A stretch of DNA of 64,000 bases from the human T2T-CHM13v2.0 reference genome, Homo sapiens, in NCBI RefSeq assembly GCF_009914755.1, contig NC_060936.1. The stretch is one strand, 5' to 3'. The position numbers and the translations under genes were made by a program. The notes under the pieces were generated by a model. The model saw only the letters and a program-made list of their open reading frames with translations, did not search any database and was not told the origin of the DNA. Below are positions 54,475 through 64,000 of this stretch, piece after piece; the first letter of the stretch is position 1; each line of letters starts with the position of its first letter.

Positions 54475-55071
54475 AATATGTAGCAATTCTATATTTAATT
54501 AACTTGGAAATCAGTCATAACTGGCATGTGTAAGACAAGAATATTTTAAATTATTGTGAAGTATAATACTTTCCCTCTTAATTAGTCTTAATAAAACTTG
54601 GACTTTAAAATTTATATCTAGAAATCTAAATCATAAACAAAATTCCTACTTTATTGTAAATGCTGATGGCTGTCATTATTTAAGTTATTATGCATAGGCA
54701 ATAATGGTAGGAATAAGATATGGAGACATTTATGACTGGAAACTTTGTGGAGGGCATAAAATATGTTACATTATTTTAATTTTGTTGATGTAGTGGACTC
54801 AAGAAGATAAAACAAATCAGTGAATTCTTTACAATCCTAGTCACTCATCTTTAAAACAGGGAGAGCAACACTATCTTACATTATTTTCAGTACTGCAACA
54901 AAATAAGATAGCAGTTTTTGAATAGTTCAATAATTCTAATACTTGTAAAGTAACAGATAAAAATAAGAGAGTCCTGAAATAAAGCAGCATACCTACAACC
55001 ATCTGCTCTTTGACAAAGTAGAGAAAAACAAGCAACAGAGAAAAGATTCCCTATTCAATAAATGATACTGG

Positions 55072-57672
55072 CAACACAAAAAGAAAACTTAAGGCCAATA
55101 TCCTTGATGAATATCAATGCAAAAATCTTCACCAAAATACTGGCAAACTAAATCCAGCAGCACATCAAAAAGTGTGTCTACCACAATCAAGTAGGCCTTA
55201 TTTCTGGGATGTAAGTTTGGTTCAACATATGCAAATCAATAAATGTGATTCATCACATAAACATAAGACAAAAGCCACATGATCACCTCAATAGATGCTG
55301 AAAAGCTTTTTATAAAATTCAGCACCCATTTATGTTAAAAACTCTCAATAAACTACGTATGAAGGAACATACCTGAAAATAAAAAGAACCGTCTATGACA
55401 AACCCACATCTAACATCATACTGCATGGGCAAAAGCTGGAAATGTTCCACTGAAAACTGGCACAAGACAAGGATGCCCTCTCTCACCACTCCTATTCAAC
55501 ACAGTTTTGAAAGTCCTGGCCAGAGCAATCAGTCAAGAGAAAGAAATAAATGGCATCCAAAAAGGAAAAGAAGTCAAACTATTTTTATTTCCAGCTGACA
55601 TAATTCTGTATCTAGAAAACTCCATAGTCTCAGCTCAAAAGCTACTTAAGCTGATAAACAACTTCAGTGAAATCTCAGGATACAAAATCAATGTACAAAA
55701 GTCACTAGCATTCCTATACACCAGCAACAGTCAAGCTGAAAGCCAAATCAGGAACACAATCTCATTCACAATTGTCACAAAAAGAATAAAATACCTAGGA
55801 ATACAGCTAACAGGGAGGTGAAAGATCTCTGCAAGGAGAACTAGAAAACATTGCTCAAAGATTGATTCAGAGATGACACAGACAAATGGAAAAATATTCC
55901 ATACTCATGGATAGAAAGAATGCATATCATTAAAATGGCCATACTGCCCAAAGCAATTTATAGATTCAGTGCTATTACTATCAAACTACTAATGATAGTC
56001 TTCACAGAACCAGAAAAATCTATTTTAGAATTCATATGGAACCAAAATAGAGCTCAAATAGCAAAGGCAATTCTAAGCAAAAGGAAGAAAACTGGAAGCA
56101 TTATGCTACCCAACTTCAAACTATACCACAGAGCTTCAGGAACCAAAACAGCATGGTACAGATACAAAAACAGGCCCACAGACAAATGAAATGGAATAGA
56201 GAGCCCAGACAGAAGGCTGCACACTTACCACCCATCTAATCTTTGACAACACTGACAAAAACAGGCAATGGGGAAAAGACTCAGGACTCCTTATTCAATA
56301 AAGGGTACTGGGAGAACTGGCTAGCTATATGCAGAAGATTGAAACTGGACCCCTTCCTTACATCATATACAAAGACCAACTCAAGAAGGATTAAAGACTT
56401 AAATGTAAAACCCCAAGCTACAAAATCCCTGGAGGACAACCTGGGCAATACCATTCTGGACATAGGAAATGGCAAAGATTTCATGATGAAGATTTCCAAA
56501 GCAGTTGCGAAAATTGACAAATGGGATCTAATTGAACTAAAGAGCTTCTGCACAGCAAAAGAAACTATCAACAAAGTAAACAATCGACCTATAGTATGGG
56601 AGAAAATATTTGCAAACTACGCATCTGACAAAGGTCTAATATCCAGCATCTATAAATAACTTAAACTTACAAGAAAAAAACAAACATCTCCATTAAAAAG
56701 TGGGCAAAGGACTTAAATAGACACTTTCCAAAAGACATACATGCAGCCAACAATCATATTTTAAAAAGCTCAACATCATGGATCATTTGAGAAATGCAAA
56801 TCAATCTATGGCCATACCACCCTGAACCTGACCAGTCTCGTCTCATCTCGGAAGCTAAGCAAGATCAGGCCTGGTTAGTACTTGGATGGGAGAAATGCCA
56901 ATCAAAACCAAAATGAGATACCATCTCACACCAGTCAGAATGGCTACATTAAAAAGTCAAAAAATAACATGCTGGTGAGATTATGGAGAAAAACGAATGC
57001 TTATACACTGTTGGTGAGAGTGTAAGTTGGTTCAATTATTGTGGAAAACAGTGTGATGATTCCTCAAAGGCCTAAAAACAGAACTACCATTCAACCTAGC
57101 AATCCCATTACTGGATATATACCCAAAGGAATACAAATTATTCTACCATAAGGGCACATTCTCATGTATGTTCATTGCAGCATGATTCACAACAGCAAAG
57201 ACATGGAATCAACTTAAATGCCATCAATAGTTGACTGGATAAAGACAATGTGGTACATATACACTATGGAATACTATCAAACCACAAAAAAAGAATGAGA
57301 TCATGTCATTTGAGAGAACATGGATGGAGCTGGAGGCCATGTTTCTTAGCAAACTAATGCAGAAACAGAAAGCCAAATATTGCATGTTCTTACTTATAAG
57401 TAGAAGCCGAATGATGAGAGCACATGGACACATAGAGGAAAACAACAGACACTGGGGCCTACTGGAGGGTGGAGAGTGGGCGAAGGGAAAGGATCAGAAA
57501 AAATGACTAATGGGTACTAGGCTTAATACTTGTGTGACAAAATAATCTGTACAACAAACCCCTGTGACTTGAGTTTACCTATGTAACAAACATGCACCTG
57601 TACCCCTGAACTTAAAATAAAAGTTAAAAAATAAAAACAACAAACCAACAAAACAAATATTATACTAAAAAT
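55072..57672 (+). mobile_element. Inner 5'-truncated L1 (old L1PA), ORF2 RT region to A-tail
   Basis: ORF-track peptides match L1 ORF2 ([44 protein letters not shown]) with frameshifts; own 3'UTR and A-rich tail. Confidence 0.92.
56805..56893 (+). pseudogene. 5S rRNA retropseudogene, 3'-truncated (nt 2-90), tailless
   Basis: About 79/89 identity by eye to human 5S (tctatggccataccaccctgaac...gaagctaagc...ggcctggttagtacttggatgggaga); 16-bp TSD gagaaatgc(a/c)aatcaa. Confidence 0.93.
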
Positions 57673-59267
57673 AATTTTAAAATGGTGCTGGGATAACTGG
57701 CTAGCCACATGCAGAAGATTGAAACTGGATTCCTTCCTTACACCATGTACAAAAATCAACTCAAGATGGATTAAAGACTTCAACATAAAAACCTAAAACT
57801 GTAAAATCTCTAAAAGATAACCTGGGAAATATCTTTCTGGGCATAGGCCCTGGCAAAGATTTCATGAAAAAGACACCAAAAGCAATTGCAACAAAAACAA
57901 AAATTGACAAATGGGGCCTAATTAAACTAAAGAGCTTCTGTGCAGCAAAAGAAACTATCAATAGAGTAAACAGACAACCTATAGAATGGGAGAGAATATT
58001 TGCAAACTATGAATCCAATAATGGTCTAATATCCAGCATCTATAAGGAACTTAAGCAAATTAACAAGCAAAAAATGAAAAACCAAATTAAAAAGTGGGCA
58101 AAGTACATCAGTAGACATTTTTCGAAAGATGTACATGTGACCAACAAACATAGGAAAAAAAGCTCGTCATTAATCAATAGAGAAATGCAAATAAAAACCA
58201 TAATGAGATACCTCTCTCCTCAGTTAGAATGGTATTGCTAAAAAGTAAAAAAATAACATATGCTAGCAAAGTTGAGGAGAAAGGGGGACGTTTGTACACT
58301 GTTGGTGGGAGTGTAAATTAGTTTAGCCATTGTGGAAAGCAGTTCGGTGATTTCTCAAAGAACATAGATCAGAACTACCATGCAACCCAGCAGTCCCATT
58401 TTGGGTATATACCCACAGGAATATAAATCATCCTGCTATAAAGGCACATGCACTCATACGTTCATAACAGCACTCTCCACAATAGCAAAGCCATAGCATC
58501 AACCTAAATGCCCATCAACTAGACTGGATAAAGAAAATGTGGTGTGTATGCACCATAGACTATTACACAGCCATAACAAAGAATGAGATCATGTCCTTTG
58601 TAGCAACATGGACGGAGCTGGAGGCAATTATCCTAAGCAAACTGATGCAGGAAGAGAAAACCAAATATCGTATGTTCTCACTTATAAATGGGCGCTAAAC
58701 ACTGAGTACACATGGACACAAAGAAAGGAAAAACAGATACCAGTGCCTACTTGAGGGTGGAGAGTGGGAGGAGGGAGAGGATCAGGAAAAATAACCAGTG
58801 GGTACTATGCTTATTACCTGGGTGATGAAATACTCTGTACACCAAACCCCCAGGACACACAATTTACCCATGTAACAAACCTGCACACGTACCCTTGAAC
58901 CTAAAATAAAAGTTAAAAAAAGGTAACAAATGAAAATATTTCTGAAAAGCCAAAAGAAGCTTAGAAAAACACTTCATATAGACACACAAACCTCATATAC
59001 AACACATGCTCCTACTGATAAATTTCATAGGTAAAAGAAAGTAAGCAGCGGGGTAATGTGAGAGAAATTTTTGACATATCTTCTTAAAAGTAATTTTTAG
59101 TTTTCATTTTGATTTATGAAAATTTTAAACTTACAGATAAGTATAGAAAATAATATCCCAGCCACCGTACCTACTTTTGAACTAGAGTGGCAAAGAAAAT
59201 CTGATGGCAACCTTTTTAGCAGGGTTAACTCAGCTGACTTTAAACCAAAAAAAAAAAAGCAAGTAGA

Positions 59268-59576
59268 GGCCGGGCGCGGTGGCTCATGCCTGTAATCCCA
59301 GCACTTTGGGAGGCCGAGACGGGGGGATCACGAGGTCAGGAGATGGAGACCATCCTGGCTAACACGGTGAAACCCTGTCTCTACTAAAAATACAAAAAAT
59401 TAGCCCGGCGCGGTGGCGGGCGCCTGTAGTCCAGCTACTCCGAAGGCTGAGGCAGGAGAATGGCGTGAACCCAGGAGGCGGAGCTTGCAGTGAGCCGAGA
59501 TCGTGCCACTGCACTCCAGCCTGGGCGACAGAGCGAGACTCCGTCTCAAACAAACAAACAAACAAACAAACAAACA
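59268..59576 (+). mobile_element. AluY with (CAAA)n tail
   Basis: Y diagnostics (ctggctaacacggtg, aatggcgtgaacc, gagcttgcag); TSD aaaaagcaagtaga. Confidence 0.95.
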
Positions 59577-60744
59577 AAAAAGCAAGTAGAGTACACGATA
59601 TCTGCTCTTATCATTTCACATGGTTCTGTCTGAAAATCAGTTTCTAGTTGGGCCATCAAATCTGTCTTCGAAATAGGAGTACATACTTTGGTCAAGGAGT
59701 TGATTTGCTCTCTTAGAGCCTCCAAACTCCAAACTCCTTTCTAAATAATTCTAAGTAGGAAGGAAAGACTTTTTAAAGGATTGGTCTTTTAAAGCAAATT
59801 AAAAGACAACAAAGAGAAAGTTAATTAGCTTAGTAGATTTTTGTAGCAGTCTTAACATTTTGAGCCAAGACACAGAATTTTACAAATATCCACCCTAGCT
59901 CACCCAAACCAGACACTCCCTTGATAAGATGAAATGGTACACTCCTGCCTTTGTCCCCAAACCATTGCTGCAGCTGGTTGATCAGTGGTTGTCTTACTCA
60001 AGACACTGAGTACACATAGACACAAAGATGAGTACTCTTCTTTGTGATGAGGACACAAACGAGGCAAGTGGTTGTGGTGGTGAAGATAAAGGGAAATATT
60101 AAGGAGTTTGTCCCTATAGGATTCTGATATCAATTGCCACATTTAGGGTGATTCCTGGAAGAAGGTTTTGAGGCAAAGATTAGATAACTTGATAAAAACG
60201 TGATGTTAGCAATTTTTTTCGTGAAGAAGATAGTTTTGAGAGTAAGTGATGATAGTGGAAAGGCAGTGTGAAGCCATCATGGAGTCTTAAGCAGCAGGTG
60301 CTTGGATCAGATTTGTTTTTAAAAACGACTCTGACAGCATTATGAATTAATGGTAGCAGGGGGCAGGAATGACCCTCCAGCAAGGCCAGGCTATTTCAGT
60401 AATGCAAGTGGAACTGATGAAAACATAAACTAGGCAAGTGGTGGTGGGGGTGAAGGTGAGGAGAAATAAGAAGTTCGTCTTGATAGGATTCTGATATCAA
60501 TTGAATCATCTAGACATGAGTAACCATCTAGACAGATTAAATGTCTTAAGACGTTACAGTTTAAAATGTGCATATACTTTTATTCATAAAAATTATAAGT
60601 ACAATATATACAGAAAGATAACAAATATTTGAATATGGTATATATAACATTGGTAACAAGCAAGAAAATAATTGAGGCCAAAAATGGCCAATTTAATGAG
60701 TAAGACAGAAAAATAGAATTTCCCTTTAGGTGAAATTCTTGGAA

Positions 60745-60820
60745 TATATATATATACATACACACAAACACACACATATATATATAACATATATATATAT
60801 AACAAAGATATATATATGTA
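60745..60820. repeat. Degenerate TA/CA simple repeat
   Basis: Directly visible. Confidence 0.85.
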
Positions 60821-63369
60821 GTGTATTTAAAAGTTGTATAGATACAAAAATGTTTATCGTATATGCATATGATTTCTATAATCACTCTGTCTGAACCAAA
60901 CCCTAAAGATTTAGGTAAAAATAGATCTTGCATATAAATCTCTCTCTATTAAGGCATTTAGTCCATCTGAGGCTAAAATTGTCACATTCAATCAATACCC
61001 ATTAATGGTGATTGGAAGGAAACTGATCTGGAAAGGAGCCAAATGACAAAATCAGTTTCCAAAAAGAAACAGAGCGTTTATAATAAATACACAAAACACA
61101 ACTCAGTAAGCATCAAAAATAATTGATGCCAAAAATGACCAATTCAGTGAGTAATATCTTACTCACTGATAGAAAATATCGAACTCTCATTTCCTTTGGG
61201 CCAAATTCTTAAAGCTATTTTTTGTGCCTTTCCATTTGCCCCTTGCTGACCTTTCTGTGTCATCTTTTGAATACTGAACACTCTCTCACTGCCCAGGCTC
61301 CCTCTTCCTGGTTTACCGTGGCCCCATTTTCCAACAGACCTAGAGTCTTCCTTTCCATGCTATAAGCCTAAAGTGGTAGGTGATAATGTGAATTTCAGAT
61401 GCCTCAATCAGTGGGACACATATTTTTTAGTTAGAAAGCAGGCACCCCTTTGGGTGTGTCTCAAATCATAGAACATACAGGGAACTACCTACCTTTTTAT
61501 GTGTAACACTTTCCTTCTAAAAAGACCAAATGGGACATTATATCTGAATTGCCATTCAATTCTTTTTCTTTATACAAACATTTATCTCTCTACTTGGCCC
61601 GTAAAAATAAAAAATAAAAAGTAAGAGGATGTGTAGCAATCGGCCCCTTCACATTCTTGCCAGGATGATGATTCAGGGCCCTAATAGGCACATGACTTTC
61701 AGGCTTTCCCCTGTGTCACTTTTCCACTGCATCTCATTTAGTGCATGTGCTAATCCCCAAAAATCCTAAGTGTAATAATTTGTGAAATTTTCTATGACTG
61801 TAAAGATGCATAAAGTTTTAATACCCTCCATGGACAAAAGTCCATTTTCTTTTTTTTTGTTTCCTTGTTTTTGCTGATAGTAACTTAATAAGCAAAGAGT
61901 AAACTGTTATCCCTTTAATTGATCTCCACTGGTTCATTCATAGGAGGCTTTTAGAAATGCACTTATTATATAATTAACAGAGATTTGTGACTCCTTTGTA
62001 AGTCGTTGGCCATAAAAGGCTTTGTTTAATAATCACAGTCATGTCTTCTGTTACTCTGTGTCAACAGCACAGTGTCACGCTCAGAGACTGCTTTCTTACA
62101 GTCTCAGCAATCTCTTTGGTCTTTTATGCCTCTCCTTAAGTTCTCTCAAGATCTGTTCTCTTCAAGATCCAGGTGCTTCTGCTGTTCTACTCAATTGTTA
62201 AAAGAAAGAAAGAGAGAGAGAGAGAGAAAGAAAGAAAGAAAGCATCATAATTTTTAAGAAGATTGGAATCACCAGGACTTGTTTTCTTACCCATTTCTCT
62301 CTTACTTCTATAATACTCATATTCTGTGGCTTTAGAGAAGTCCTCCTACTCTGAGATTAAAAACTCTAATTTGTAACTTAAGCCATTATAAAATGTATGC
62401 TAGAGGATAATTCTGGTTTTTAAATATGGTACTTATAAATACAGCATTATTAGAAGTCAAGAATGTTTCCAACTTCTGTGTTTGTCATATATTTGTCTAG
62501 GCCTCTATAGTAAACTGCTTTACCCTTGACCTCTAGCTACGTTTTCTCCTCCTTCTTCTAATTGCTCCAAGCTTTCTTCTTAGGTCATTGCAAGCTGTCC
62601 TACTTCTTCCCTGGTACACTTATGTTCTGTATACTTGGACTGCCTGCCTGTTCTCAGTTTATTTCTCATCCTTATTTGGAAAGTACAGAACTTGAGAATG
62701 GTAAACAAAATCGACATTCTTTGTTATTTGGTAGGCAAGTAGCTAATTTAAGAATTAAAATAGAAGTATAAATTATTATAAGAGTTATAAGTGGTTGAGT
62801 GCCAATTTTGTGCTTTTAGCTGTAGAAAAGAAAATCATTTTCTTACAAAACTGTGACTATACACTGTTGGTAATAAAATATTCATGCTAATCATGTTCAT
62901 AAGATTGTAACAGAAATGCTGATATTCTAATATCTCCATTTCTCCCCCTATGGTACTTAGTAAACTATGGAACTAGATACTAGTCTAGAGCATTTTTTTC
63001 TTTCTCATATTATATTATAGGTCATTCTAATACTAATTGTAACTAAAAAGTAAGCATTTTCTAAAACTATTTCTATTACCAATGAAAAATTGTGTTGAAT
63101 GCTAATACTAATTATTTGTCAATGGTAACCTTTTGTTAAAAGAATTAATTCTTTTGTTCATACTAGGCAGGACAGAAACTGAACTGGCAAGAGAGACAGA
63201 TAAATCTAAATTTCTGTAGCACTTTTTTCTCTCAATATAAATATTTAATTATGTAATGAGAAATTCTTATGAAAAATTGTGACATACAATGGGATTGATT
63301 CTTTCTCTGTAAGTAGGGCACTAGTCATGTATCTGAGAAAGAAATTAAAACTTTTAAAGTATTTTTAAG

Positions 63370-63560
63370 TGATGGATCTATTCTAGGCACTTTAAAATAT
63401 TCTCTTTAATTGTCACTGTACCCTACAAACTAGATATTATCATCCCTATTTCACAGATGAGTAATTAAGGTGAAATAACTTGCCCACAGCTGCACAGTTA
63501 ATACTAGGAAGAGCCAGAGGTATGACACAAGGCTGATTCTAAAGCTCATGTCCTTTCCAT
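63370..63560 (-). mobile_element. MIR
   Basis: tattatcatccctatttcacagatgag...taacttgcccacagctgcacag. Confidence 0.75.
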
Positions 63561-63639
63561 CTTCTTAAAATAGGCCCCTCTGCTCATTCTTCAGGAGAAA
63601 ATCAGCCTTGCGATATATTATAATACCTACCACGAGAGC

Positions 63640-63875
63640 CTTGTGGTTTGGTGGATAAGGATGTGGGATCTGAGGTTAAACTGAATTTGGAGCTCAATCC
63701 TGTCACTCACTGATTGTGTAATCTTGAACATTACTTGATGTCTCTGCGCTTCAATTTCGTCATCTGTAAAAATGGGGTGATAACAATAATATCCACTCAG
63801 TAGTGTGGTTTGTAAGGACTAAATGAGGGAATACACATAAAGTTCTCAATAAAGTGGTGAATACATAGTGTTCAA
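63640..63875 (+). mobile_element. MIR
   Basis: tcaatttcgtcatctgtaaaaatggggtgataac...ggactaaatgag. Confidence 0.75.
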
Positions 63876-64000
63876 TGGACATTTTCCAGGAGTTTGTTCT
63901 CCCTATAAAAGTTGGTCTTTTTGTGGGTAGAGAAAAGATGTATGGGTTGTAAATTCCTTTCTTCTTAGCCACTTATGTCTGGCTGATTTGGAAATCACTG

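Larger units (their letters stand above)
54960..58920 (+). mobile_element. Outer 5'-truncated L1 (old L1PA, ~PA15/16-like): 54960-55071 and 57680-58920
   Basis: ORF2 sequence ...ccctattcaataaatgatactgg resumes as aaatggtgctgggataactgg after the inner L1; ends in 3'UTR and A-tail. Confidence 0.85.

Noticed and set aside
55395-58241. ORFs resembling reverse transcriptase
   Set aside because: Frameshifted remnants of L1 ORF2 in 5'-truncated elements, not a functional gene or novel RT system
63370-63875. Head-to-head MIR pair as a possible hairpin or miRNA precursor
   Set aside because: Copies too diverged for a stable stem; no evidence of transcription

Overview
Human genomic DNA; a consensus-perfect AluYa5 points to Homo sapiens. 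No protein-coding exon can be supported. A ~2.8 kb CpG island (~37.4-40.2 kb) holds the promoter and several candidate first exons of a minus-strand gene that I cannot name with confidence. The promoter has a GTCACGTGAC CLEAR/E-box, a (CG)8 tract, GC boxes, CCAAT and CRE-like sites. Bases 1-37 kb are that gene's intron sequence, with a probable non-coding 5'UTR exon at ~5.2-5.3 kb. Bases 40-64 kb are upstream/intergenic. The rest is interspersed repeats: Alus (J, S, Y, Ya5), MIRs, L2, old L1s, MaLR LTRs including a complete two-LTR MST element, and DNA transposons (MADE2, MER58, MER5A, MER2 with nested Tigger3a, MER53, MER6). The most unusual structure is a triple nest at 55-59 kb: a 3'-truncated tailless 5S rRNA retrocopy inside an L1 that sits inside another L1. 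The first downstream Pol III terminator falls just after the L1 A-tail, giving a SINE3-like layout. Repeat subfamily names come from recalled consensus sequences, not a RepeatMasker run, and boundaries of old repeats are approximate.
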